A DNA stretch of 64,000 nt from Lachnospiraceae bacterium (GTDB lineage Bacteria > Bacillota > Clostridia > Lachnospirales > Lachnospiraceae). How positions within the stretch are numbered: position 1 is the first letter of the stretch; every line of letters starts with the position of its first letter. The notes under the pieces are model-generated. The model saw nothing but the letters and a program-made list of their open reading frames with translations. It ran no database searches and was not told where the DNA came from. The stretch lies in the NCBI GenBank assembly GCA_050944855.1, contig JBMNRU010000004.1, forward strand, positions 22,634 through 86,633, given 5' to 3'. Positions 47,945 to 56,958 of the stretch are shown here, one piece after another. The position numbers were made by a program, and so were the translations under genes.

Positions 47945-48823
47945 TTAAATTCCAGCCTGTTTGAGAAGATCCGGTACTTTGGACTCCCATCCCAGTGCCA
48001 TAATATGTACACCCTGACAATAAGGCTTACACTCTTTAATAATACGTGCAGCAATCTCTACGCCAGTGATGCCTGCTTTGGTTTTTTCCTTATCCTTTTT
48101 CAGTTCATCAATCATTTCTTGAGGAACATGAATACCGGCAACATTATCATTCATGAATTTTGCCATTCCGGCTGACTTCGGAATTACGATACCAAGCTGA
48201 ACCGGTTTGCCAAATTCTTTTGCCTTTTCCATAAATTTAATAAATTTTTCAGGCTCATAAACTGCCTGTGTCTGGAAATAATCTGCGCCTGCACGAACTT
48301 TTCGTTCCATTTTTGCAAGCTGTGCATCCAGGGAATCGCTGCAAGGTGATACCACTGCACCTTTGGCAAATTTAGGAGGTTCTCCAACCAGTTCATTTCC
48401 TCCAAGGTCTACACCTGATTCCAACTGTTTCACTGTATGGATCAAAGAAACAGAATCTAAATCGAAAACAGGTTTTGCCTGCGGATGATCACCCATCTTT
48501 GTATGGTCACCTGTTAAAAGCAGCAGGTTCTCGATTCCGAACATAGCAGCACTTAAAAGATCAGACTGCAGCGCAATACGGTTTCTATCACGGCAGGTTA
48601 ACTGATAGATAGGTGTCATTCCCTGATCCTTCAGAGCTTTGCATGTGGCCAGAGAACCCAGACGCATAACTGAGGACTGGTTATCTGTTACATTAACCGC
48701 TGTAACGTTGCTCAAATAAGTCTTCGCTTCTTCCAGCAAATGATCAATATTTGTTCCTTTTGGTGGTCCTACTTCTGCAGAAACTACAAATTCACCACGT
48801 TCAAATAACTCAGTAATATTCAT
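47945..48823 (-). CDS. metF: Methylenetetrahydrofolate reductase catalytic subunit
   Basis: 292 aa. VNVTDNQSSVMR, YQLTCRDRNR and LLLLTGDH are typical of clostridial/acetogen MetF. Confidence 0.9.
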   Translation of the reverse strand: MNITELFERGEFVVSAEVGPPKGTNIDHLLEEAKTYLSNVTAVNVTDNQSSVMRLGSLATCKALKDQGMTPIYQLTCRDRNRIALQSDLLSAAMFGIENLLLLTGDHTKMGDHPQAKPVFDLDSVSLIHTVKQLESGVDLGGNELVGEPPKFAKGAVVSPCSDSLDAQLAKMERKVRAGADYFQTQAVYEPEKFIKFMEKAKEFGKPVQLGIVIPKSAGMAKFMNDNVAGIHVPQEMIDELKKDKEKTKAGITGVEIAARIIKECKPYCQGVHIMALGWESKVPDLLKQAGI

Positions 48824-48869
48824 TATACATTGCTCCTAATCTTTATAAATTTTAGTATCTGTTCCATTG

Positions 48870-49493
48870 TTACTTAGACACTTCGTCATCTGTTGCAAAA
48901 TTACGCACCTGAACCGGGGCCTGCAATACATCCAAACGGCCGATCTGTTTCAGACGTCTGTAAATACGCTCCCAGCCACATTCCATGTTGCTGTCTACTT
49001 CGCATTTGCCGTTCTTGGCACCGCCGCACTGTCCGTTCACCAGGCTCTTGGAGCAGGCAGTGATCGGGCAGATTCCGCCGGTCAGATTCAGGTAACATTC
49101 TCCACATTGTTTACAATCATATTCTAACGGTGTCACACCCTGGAATCCCGGCAGCGGATAGGTATCACAGGCTGCACATACTTTTTTGTCTTCTAAGTAT
49201 TCTGCAACTGTCTGCACGCCCACACCGCAGGAAAATACCAGTACCATATCAGCAGCTTCGATCTCACTCATATGTTTTTGAAGGCGTAACTTCATATTCT
49301 CCGGATTGCATATATAATCAGTGGTAATGATTCCGGTCACACTTCCGTCAGCAGCCAATTCCTTCTGGAGCTCTTTGGCTTCTTCTTCCGGAAAATGGAC
49401 TTCTTTGCATCCCTGGCAGTTAATGATAAAAACTTTTTTTCCATCCACCAGTGATACGATAGTTTCCTTGGGTTTTAACTGGGTAATTAACAT
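48870..49493 (-). CDS. metV: MTHFR-associated Cys-rich subunit MetV
   Basis: 207 aa. CKQCGECYLNLTGGICPITACSKSLVNGQCGGAKNGKCEV, immediately upstream of metF. Confidence 0.8.
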   Translation of the reverse strand: MLITQLKPKETIVSLVDGKKVFIINCQGCKEVHFPEEEAKELQKELAADGSVTGIITTDYICNPENMKLRLQKHMSEIEAADMVLVFSCGVGVQTVAEYLEDKKVCAACDTYPLPGFQGVTPLEYDCKQCGECYLNLTGGICPITACSKSLVNGQCGGAKNGKCEVDSNMECGWERIYRRLKQIGRLDVLQAPVQVRNFATDDEVSK

Positions 49494-49494
49494 A

Positions 49495-51495
49495 TCACTT
49501 CATCCCCCTTATCGCATTTTTTCCGGCTTTAATCTTGCTGACTAATGGAATCTTAGAGGAGCAGATAAATTCACAGCTTCTGCACTCTACACAATCCATA
49601 ACATTTTTATCCTTCATAGCCTGCCAATCCTGTGCATCCGCAAATTTTGCAAAATACAGCGGAGAAAGTTCCATCGGACATACATCCATACAGCGTCCGC
49701 ATTTGATGCATGGCTGCTCTACCGTATGATCGGTATCCACAACGATAATACCGTTGGAACTCTTCATGATCGGTACATTCACATCAGAAAGCTCAAATCC
49801 CATCATCGGGCCGCCTGCTTTGATCGTGACATCATCACCTGTCACACCGCCGCAGTAATCGATCAGCTCTTTGGTATTGGTACCGATCTTCACAATATAA
49901 TTGCCCGGCTTTTTCAGTTTTTCTCCTGTCACTGTTACCACACGCTCAATCAGAGGCATACCTTTTTGGATCGCATCAGCGATAGCTTTTGTAGTGCTGA
50001 CATTGCTCACAACGCAGCCTACATCTGCCGGAAGACCGCCGCTCGGCACCTGTCTTTTCATGACACGCTTGATCAGCATCTTCTCAGCACCCTGTGGGTA
50101 TTTGGTCTTAGCTACCACAACCTCTATGTTGCTGATATCCGCAGTCTTCGCCTGCATCAGTTCAATGGCATCCGGTTTATTATCTTCAATTACAATAAGA
50201 CCTTTTTCGGCATCCACCGTTTTCATCATTGCTTTCAGGCCATAAATCACATCATCCGCATATTCTAAAAGCACTCTGTGGTCTGCTGTTAAAAGCGGTT
50301 CACATTCACAGCCGTTTAATAAAATAGTATCTACCGGTTTAGCAGGTTTTAACTTCACCGATGTAGGGAATCCGGCGCCTCCCATACCTACAATGCCAGC
50401 CTCGCTGACGATCTGAATGATCTCATCCGGCGTCAGGCTGTCAAGATCCTTATGCGGCTGTACCGATTCGTGCAGAGTATTTTTCCCATCCGACTGAATG
50501 ACAACGGACATACATTCCCCTCTTGTGGCGTGCAGGCGTGTCTCAATGGCGATTACCGTTCCGCTGACGCTGGAATGTACCGGACTGCTGATAAAGGCAG
50601 ATGCTTCACCGATTTTCTGACCAACCTTAACGGTATCTCCCACCTGTACAACAGGATTTGCCGGAGCTCCCGCATGCATGGACAAAGGAATAACCACAAC
50701 TTCCGGATCCGGGAATCTCTCCAACGCAAGATGTTCTGTAAACTCTTTGCGTTCTGACGGATGAATACCGCCGTAGTAGCCCTCAAACCGTTTTTCCCGG
50801 ATAGCCTTCACATATTCATTTACAAATTTAAAATCAACCTTGGAGTAATCACGCACCTGTATAGACTGATCTACAAACTCTGAAACACGTCCCTGTTTTT
50901 CCAGTCTCTTATGTATTTTTTCCCAGGCGCAGTCTTTACTGCTGTCTACTTCACATTTTCCGTTCTTCGCGCCTCCGCACTGTCCGTTGATCAGACTCTT
51001 AGAGCAGTCAACGATAGGACAAATTCCACCGGTTATATTCAGATAACATTGCGCACATGCATCACAGCTTCGCTTCGTCAGCGCCATACCATGATGACCC
51101 GTATAGTTCAGTGAATTGCTGGCCGCATATACAGGTTTCTCTGCTAAATCTGCAACTGTCTGAATTCCCAGACCACATGAAATTACAAAAACATTTTCCG
51201 TACCTTCCGGAATTACATCCTGTAATTTTTTTTCAGTTTGAGTCTTGTTGCACAGAAAATCAACCTTTATACTTCCTGTGATTGTTTTTCCGTGTTCCGC
51301 AGCGATTTTCTCAAACTCACCGCAATCTGGTTCGTCAATGGCTGCAAATTCCTTGAAGCACTTGTTACAAGCAACAATGAACAGATGATCCTTATCGGCC
51401 AATAACGACGCCAGTTCATCGTTTCCTTTCAACTTATACTTGGTATAGTTCTCCAATTGCTCACCTTCCTTATAAAATTGATCCGCAAACCTCAT
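49495..51495 (-). CDS. rnfC2: RnfC-like NADH-binding flavo-FeS subunit with an N-terminal MetV-like domain (RnfC2 type)
   Basis: The C-terminal ~440 aa are RnfC/NuoF-like (GMGGAGFPT, two 4Fe-4S motifs CIKCGRCMDVCP and CVECRSCEFIC). The N-terminal ~200 aa repeat the MetV Cys pattern. The start is uncertain: ATG 51495 or TTG 51456 behind GGAAGGTG. The track start 51585 spans a terminator-like hairpin. Confidence 0.8.
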   Translation of the reverse strand: MRFADQFYKEGEQLENYTKYKLKGNDELASLLADKDHLFIVACNKCFKEFAAIDEPDCGEFEKIAAEHGKTITGSIKVDFLCNKTQTEKKLQDVIPEGTENVFVISCGLGIQTVADLAEKPVYAASNSLNYTGHHGMALTKRSCDACAQCYLNITGGICPIVDCSKSLINGQCGGAKNGKCEVDSSKDCAWEKIHKRLEKQGRVSEFVDQSIQVRDYSKVDFKFVNEYVKAIREKRFEGYYGGIHPSERKEFTEHLALERFPDPEVVVIPLSMHAGAPANPVVQVGDTVKVGQKIGEASAFISSPVHSSVSGTVIAIETRLHATRGECMSVVIQSDGKNTLHESVQPHKDLDSLTPDEIIQIVSEAGIVGMGGAGFPTSVKLKPAKPVDTILLNGCECEPLLTADHRVLLEYADDVIYGLKAMMKTVDAEKGLIVIEDNKPDAIELMQAKTADISNIEVVVAKTKYPQGAEKMLIKRVMKRQVPSGGLPADVGCVVSNVSTTKAIADAIQKGMPLIERVVTVTGEKLKKPGNYIVKIGTNTKELIDYCGGVTGDDVTIKAGGPMMGFELSDVNVPIMKSSNGIIVVDTDHTVEQPCIKCGRCMDVCPMELSPLYFAKFADAQDWQAMKDKNVMDCVECRSCEFICSSKIPLVSKIKAGKNAIRGMK

Positions 51496-51763
51496 TCTTT
51501 GTGGGTTTTTCCTGCCTTTTCCTCCTCTGCACTCTGAAGAAAAAACAATAAAAAACAAAGAACTCAGTTCTACTATTAATACCAATTAAGTATAGCATAT
51601 ATCGGTTAAATTATCCAGTATAAACGAAGATTTCGGCACAACTATTTACCATAAAACTGCAAACCTCCAAGAATACCATAACCGATATCCTTGGAGGCAG
51701 CCTGTTTTCCCTCAAAAGAAATATTATTTCAAAAAATTACAGATTACATTTAAAATAAAAATG

Positions 51764-51945
51764 CTATCGTTCGTGCTTACAGAACCGCCCTTGCCTGTGT
51801 CATGCCAAAAACAGGCCGCTCCTTCTCAGCTAGCCGTCAACACGCACTAAGCCTCGAAGGCTTTCCTGAGAGGCTTAGGTGTATCTTGGCTCATAGTTGA
51901 AGGGAAGCGTCCCGTATTTGCTCAAGAGGAGCAGGGCCATTATTA
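51764..51945. repeat. Structured intergenic repeat element, short copy
   Basis: A long imperfect hairpin: left arm CCGCTCCTTCTCAGCTAGCCGTCAACACGCACTAAGCCT, loop CGAAGGCTTTCCTGAG, right arm AGGCTTAGGTGTATCTTGGCTCATAGTTGAAGGGAAGCG. It is collinear with the two ends of the 32980-33412 copy. Confidence 0.7.
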
Positions 51946-52027
51946 TATTGACAATAAAATATACCCACGACATACCGTAATTTACGTCCTTCGGACTGGT
52001 GTACTTCACACGCTAAGGTATATTTTT

Positions 52028-52528
52028 TTATTTCCACTCATAGTTCCGCAGGTGTCCTTCTGCCTGCATATGCTGAAATCCATGCTGACGCAGTGCTTCA
52101 TAAAGCACAATTGCCACAGAATTGCTCAGATTCAGGGAACGGGTTTCTCCCATCATGGGAATCCGCACCGCCGTTTCCTGATTTTGTACCAATATTTCTT
52201 CCGGAATCCCCGCACTTTCTTTCCCAAACATAATATAACAGTCTTCTTCATACTGTACATCGGTATATTTCTGCGGAGCTTTCGTTGTTGCCATATAAAT
52301 TTTCGCTCCCGGGTTTTTTTCCAGAAAATCCTCGTAATTGATATAGGTGGTCACATCCAGATCTGCCCAGTAATCCATGCCGGCCCGCTTAATCGACTTT
52401 TCATTCAGACGAAAGCCCAGGGGTTCGATCAGATGCAGCCTGGTTCCCGTGGCTACACAGGTACGTCCGATATTTCCTGTATTTGCCGGTATCTCCGGCT
52501 CAAATAATACAATATTTAACCTTGCCAT
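52028..52528 (-). CDS. trmL: tRNA (cytidine/uridine-2'-O)-methyltransferase TrmL (SpoU family)
   Basis: 166 aa. NIVLFEPEIPANTGNIGRTC and RSLNLSNSVAIVLYEALRQ. Confidence 0.88.
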   Translation of the reverse strand: MARLNIVLFEPEIPANTGNIGRTCVATGTRLHLIEPLGFRLNEKSIKRAGMDYWADLDVTTYINYEDFLEKNPGAKIYMATTKAPQKYTDVQYEEDCYIMFGKESAGIPEEILVQNQETAVRIPMMGETRSLNLSNSVAIVLYEALRQHGFQHMQAEGHLRNYEWK

Positions 52529-52537
52529 TTCTTTCTC

Positions 52538-53530
52538 CTACTGATATATCTTGTACAGCTCATCACTCTGCGGCTTATCCATATAGCGTATTTCCTCGCC
52601 GTTTCGCAAAATCCTGTCATTGCCTTCTGTTGCTTTTCCTACTACAGCGGCATGAATCCCTGCCTCTTTTAACGCCCTTACCAGCTTTTCTCCGTTATCT
52701 GCCGCGATCAGCATAGAACCGCTTGACATAAGAATATAGGGATTCAGATCAAATACTTCACAGACTTCCACCGTTTCCTGACGAATGGGAATCTTCTTCA
52801 GATCAATGTCCATTCCCACATCGGCACCGCTTCCCATCTCCCAGAGGGCGCCAAACACGCCGCCTTCCGTAATATCGTGCATGGCAGTAACTCCTGCATC
52901 TGCCGCTTTCGCGATCTGCGCATCCTCTACTACCGATAAATACTGATCAAAGCTTCTGGCCTCTACCACAAAATCAGCCGGGAGAGTCTCTCGCAATTTC
53001 TCTTCTTTTTCTTTGGCAATAATCGTGGTTCCCTCCAGACCGATCCATTTTGTAATGACAATATCCTGTCCCGGTTTTACCTGATTCGTTTTCAGTATCT
53101 CTGTCTTTTTTACTTTACCGACGCCGGTGATGGAAAGAAGCGGCTGGTTCACCACATTTGTCACTTCTGTATGTCCTCCCATCACTTCTATATGCAGCTC
53201 TTTGCAGGCGCTCTCCACATCTGCCATCATATCTTTTAACTGTTTTTCCCTTACCCGTTCCGGGATCATTACAGTAATCATAATCCCAATGGGTTCTGCT
53301 CCGGAAGCAGCCAGATCGTTAGCTGTTATGTGTACACTGTGCCGCCCAATATCCTTTACCGTGCCGGTAATAGGATCAGAAGACAATACGATCACTTCAT
53401 CCGGTCCCACCTCCATCATGGCACAATCCTGCCCTACTGCAGGGCCGGAGATCACTTCTTCTCTTCTGTGTTTAAGCTGCTTTAAAACGGACCGGATCAA
53501 AACAGGTTCCGGTAATTTTCCTATTTTCAT
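52538..53530 (-). CDS. AIR synthase-related (PurM/HypE/ThiL superfamily) protein
   Basis: 330 aa. GQDCAMM, SSDPITG and HDITEGGVFGALWE motifs of the PurM-like fold. Confidence 0.8.
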   Translation of the reverse strand: MKIGKLPEPVLIRSVLKQLKHRREEVISGPAVGQDCAMMEVGPDEVIVLSSDPITGTVKDIGRHSVHITANDLAASGAEPIGIMITVMIPERVREKQLKDMMADVESACKELHIEVMGGHTEVTNVVNQPLLSITGVGKVKKTEILKTNQVKPGQDIVITKWIGLEGTTIIAKEKEEKLRETLPADFVVEARSFDQYLSVVEDAQIAKAADAGVTAMHDITEGGVFGALWEMGSGADVGMDIDLKKIPIRQETVEVCEVFDLNPYILMSSGSMLIAADNGEKLVRALKEAGIHAAVVGKATEGNDRILRNGEEIRYMDKPQSDELYKIYQ

Positions 53531-53551
53531 GTATCTTTACCTGCTTTCTCT

Positions 53552-53665
53552 CTACGCCAGATAGGAAAGACCCATCGGCAGTACCATCGCCAGCACCAGA
53601 AAAGCAATAATAATGCCGGATATGATTCTTTTTGTCTTGTCATTATGAAGATTCATCATTTTCAT
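53552..53665 (-). CDS. Possible 37-aa membrane peptide
   Basis: Not in the track because it is under 60 aa. It reads MKMMNLHNDKTKRIISGIIIAFLVLAMVLPMGLSYLA. Its ATG overlaps the upstream stop as TGATG and it fills the only gap in a tightly packed operon. Confidence 0.35.
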   Translation of the reverse strand: MKMMNLHNDKTKRIISGIIIAFLVLAMVLPMGLSYLA

Positions 53666-54381
53666 CACCTCTTACTTATTCTTCCATATGTGGATAGCAG
53701 CGTATCGATCATACGGGATGCTTCACTCTTCGTCATACTCTCTATTTCTACATTAAGACTAATTTTATGATATTTCACCAAATCCTGCAAGTATCCTTTT
53801 TGTGCATTGGTAATGGGGCTTTGTCTTTTCGCCTTATACTGCAAGGCTGCCGGACAAAACAGATCCGGACGCGCCTCCCCAAACGCCATCTTCAGTTTCT
53901 GATACAGCAAATGCGTCGTATGGGCATCGTCCAGGGCTCTGTGAGCCTTATCCTGCGGGATTTTATAATATTCCCTCAAATACTGCAGACTGCGGCTCGC
54001 AAGCTCCGGCAGCATACAACGGGCAATTTTCAGCGTATCCAAACCGTCTTTCTCAAAAACCAGCTTTAAATTTACCGCACTGCATTTTACAAAGCTATAG
54101 TCAAAAAGTATATTATGCCCCAACAAAGGCAGATCTTCACAGAAATTCAGCAGTTCCCGAATTGCCTGCTCATTTTCTTTCTGCCCCGCTACCATCTCTT
54201 CCGTAATACCGGTAATCTGTGTAATATGAGCCGGAATTTTCATCCTGGGATCGATCAGAGTATGGTAAACATCTTCTATCTTTCCATCGACCACCTTTAT
54301 GGCGCCAATCTCCAGAATTCGGTCTGTTTTAGGCTGAAGCCCGGTGGTTTCCAGATCCAGCGCTACATACATATCTGTCAT
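53665..54381 (-). CDS. DEDDh 3'-5' exonuclease (DnaQ/epsilon-like)
   Basis: 238 aa. ExoI VALDLETTG, ExoII GHNILFDYSF, ExoIII HRALDDAHTT. Confidence 0.8.
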   Translation of the reverse strand: MTDMYVALDLETTGLQPKTDRILEIGAIKVVDGKIEDVYHTLIDPRMKIPAHITQITGITEEMVAGQKENEQAIRELLNFCEDLPLLGHNILFDYSFVKCSAVNLKLVFEKDGLDTLKIARCMLPELASRSLQYLREYYKIPQDKAHRALDDAHTTHLLYQKLKMAFGEARPDLFCPAALQYKAKRQSPITNAQKGYLQDLVKYHKISLNVEIESMTKSEASRMIDTLLSTYGRISKR

Positions 54382-55013
54382 GACTTCTTCCCCTTATACT
54401 CCTTACAATATTGGGTCAAAAAACACTCCTGGCACTTTGGATTTCTGGCAAAACAGATCTGTCTTCCGAAAGTAATAATCTGAATGTTGTATAAAATCCA
54501 GTGGTCTTTTGGCAGTACCTTCATCAATTCATATTCGATTTTCTCTGGATCTTCTTCTCTGGTCAGACCCAATCTTTTAGAAATCCGCTTCACATGCGTA
54601 TCTACTACCACACTGGGTTCATGAAAAATATTTCCCCGGATCACATTGGCCGTTTTTCTTCCCACACCGGGAAGCTTTGTCAGGGCCTCCAGATCATTGG
54701 GCACCTCTCCGTCATACTTTTCCATCAGCATTTTTGCACAGCCGATAATATTTTTCGCTTTATTATGATAAAATCCTGTGGGGCGGATATCCTGTTCCAG
54801 TTCTTTCAGATCCGCATTAGCAAAAGACTGCATGTCCGGGTACTTTACAAAAAGATCCTTGGTCACCACATTCACCCTGGCATCCGTACACTGTGCACTC
54901 AGCATAGTAGCGATCAACAGCTGTCCGGGGTTCTCATGGTGCAGATAACACTTATATTCTGTTGTATACACTTCGTCCAGCAAATTCAGAATTTCTTTTG
55001 TACGCTTCGTCAT
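54378..55013 (-). CDS. nth: Endonuclease III
   Basis: 211 aa. HhH-GPD (LTKLPGVGRKTANV, VDTHVKR) and a C-terminal 4Fe-4S Cys cluster (CFARNPKCQECFLTQYC). Confidence 0.93.
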   Translation of the reverse strand: MTKRTKEILNLLDEVYTTEYKCYLHHENPGQLLIATMLSAQCTDARVNVVTKDLFVKYPDMQSFANADLKELEQDIRPTGFYHNKAKNIIGCAKMLMEKYDGEVPNDLEALTKLPGVGRKTANVIRGNIFHEPSVVVDTHVKRISKRLGLTREEDPEKIEYELMKVLPKDHWILYNIQIITFGRQICFARNPKCQECFLTQYCKEYKGKKS

Positions 55014-56776
55014 GACAGTTCCACCATCCTTGCCGTTCCATCATACGTGAGAGGATCCCGGCTCTGATAATCAAACAGCAGGAAAAACTCACCCTTTTGT
55101 TCCAATATCTCTTCCGCTGTTGTATCTTCCAGCACCGGATAAGAAAATACTTCCACGTGGGTCATACGCGCCATCTGTTTCGCCTGCATTCCCTGATATC
55201 CCGGCAAATATACCGGTTCCTCTTCTTCCCTTCGGTAAAAAGATTTAATTCTTTCTTTATAGGGCAACAGATCCTTTGCCCAGTCCGGACGGCTTTTCAT
55301 ATTCTCCCGGATATACAGATCATAGATCAGCAGTTCCCGGTAGTAATCCAGCCATTCCTTTGGTTTTCCCCATTCTCGCTGCAATTCTTCCAGAAAACCG
55401 ATCAGAATTTCATACCGCCGGATACGGGTATGGGATACCTGATACAACCCCTGTTCTTCATAATACCGGGCCAGTTTTTCAAACATCACAAACGGTCTGT
55501 CAAACAATTTTTCCATGGCTGACAATGTCTGTTTAAACTGGCCGCTGTTGTAATATACTTCTACCATTTCCTCCACGGCCTTCAAACGAAGGACGTCCTG
55601 ATAAGAAAGCCACCTGGTAGACAGCACCTCATAAGGTTCTCTGCTTTTGTATATACAGGCATAGGTTTCTGCCATCTCGTGCATATAAGAGCCCTTCAAC
55701 ACTTTTAAAAAGCCCAGCTGCAACTGTTCCGGATGCAGAGCATAGACATCATCAAAAGAATGTCCGAAGCTTTCATAATCCTCATAGGGCAGTCCTGCGA
55801 TGAGATCCAGATGCTGATGGATATTTCTTCCTGCCTGTACCCTTTTTACAATCCGGCATACTTCCTTAAAATCCATTTTTCTTCGAATTTCTTCAATTGT
55901 TTTCGGATTGGTGGACTGTACGCCGATTTCCAGCTGAATCAGGCCCGGACGCATACCGGCGATCAGATCCATTTCTTCCTCTGTAAGAAGATCTGCAGCA
56001 ATCTCAAAGTGGAAATTGGTCACCCCATTGTCGTGCTCTTTCAAATAGCTCCAGACAGCCATGGCGTGACTATGCTTACAATTAAAAGTACGATCCACAA
56101 ACTTCACCTGGGGCACTCGCTTATCCAGGAAAAACTGCAGTTCCTCTTTTACCAGTTCCAAATCCCGAAAACGCAGCCGCTTATCCACCGATGACAGACA
56201 ATAGCTGCAGGAAAATGGACACCCTCTGCTGCTCTCGTAATAAATAATTTTATGGGCGAACTCTTCCATATCCTCATATACAAAGGGAAGCGTACTCAAA
56301 TCCAAAACTTCCCTCCAGGGATTTGCCTGAATTCCCGCTTCGCCTCGATAAGTAATTCCCTTTATCTCGGAGAGCGTCCCGCTTTCCTGACCGACATAAT
56401 ATCTGACCAGCTCCAAAAAGGTTTCTTCGCCTTCTCCCATCATTACGCCCGCAACATACGGACATTCTTTTAAAAATGCCTCCGCATCATAGGAAACTTC
56501 CGGTCCGCCGACCCAGATCGGTACTTGGGGCATCACTTTATGAATATCTTCCATAATCTCTTTCACAAAAGAAATATTCCAGATATAGCAGGAAAAACAC
56601 AACACATCCGGATGCTGCTCATACAGGCCTTTTAAAATCTCGTCCTTTTGCTGATTAATAGTGTACTCATTTACCGCAACAAAAGAAGCGTAAGCTTTCG
56701 CATACGCTTGCAAACTGTATACTGCCAGATTGGTGTGTATATATTTGGCGTTCACCGCCGTTAGGAGAATCTTCAT
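55010..56776 (-). CDS. B12-binding-domain radical SAM protein (DUF4080-type C-terminus)
   Basis: The start was moved to MKILLTAVNAKYIHTNLAVYSL. Radical SAM motif SSRGCPFSCSYC. Confidence 0.85.
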   Translation of the reverse strand: MKILLTAVNAKYIHTNLAVYSLQAYAKAYASFVAVNEYTINQQKDEILKGLYEQHPDVLCFSCYIWNISFVKEIMEDIHKVMPQVPIWVGGPEVSYDAEAFLKECPYVAGVMMGEGEETFLELVRYYVGQESGTLSEIKGITYRGEAGIQANPWREVLDLSTLPFVYEDMEEFAHKIIYYESSRGCPFSCSYCLSSVDKRLRFRDLELVKEELQFFLDKRVPQVKFVDRTFNCKHSHAMAVWSYLKEHDNGVTNFHFEIAADLLTEEEMDLIAGMRPGLIQLEIGVQSTNPKTIEEIRRKMDFKEVCRIVKRVQAGRNIHQHLDLIAGLPYEDYESFGHSFDDVYALHPEQLQLGFLKVLKGSYMHEMAETYACIYKSREPYEVLSTRWLSYQDVLRLKAVEEMVEVYYNSGQFKQTLSAMEKLFDRPFVMFEKLARYYEEQGLYQVSHTRIRRYEILIGFLEELQREWGKPKEWLDYYRELLIYDLYIRENMKSRPDWAKDLLPYKERIKSFYRREEEEPVYLPGYQGMQAKQMARMTHVEVFSYPVLEDTTAEEILEQKGEFFLLFDYQSRDPLTYDGTARMVELS

Positions 56777-56958
56777 ATAACTTCCTTCTCTTCCTCTTTT
56801 TGAATCGGTTTTCCGCAGCTGCCGGGACAACCCGCACATCCGCAGCTGCAGAATTTACCGTTTTTTGCATCTTTTACTTTCTTTTTTATGACCCAGACCG
56901 CATAAAGGCCGATCCCTAATGCCAGAATAATTGTCGCTGCCACAGCATCACCCCACAA
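56773..56958 (-). CDS. FeoB-associated Cys-rich membrane protein
   Basis: 61 aa, one TM followed by CSCGCAGCPGSCG, immediately downstream of and overlapping feoB. Confidence 0.75.
   Translation of the reverse strand: MWGDAVAATIILALGIGLYAVWVIKKKVKDAKNGKFCSCGCAGCPGSCGKPIQKEEEKEVI

Noticed and set aside
47800-48054. 84-aa minus-strand ORF.
   Set aside because: It overlaps the 3' end of metF in another frame and runs through the metF terminator and the GATACA boxes.
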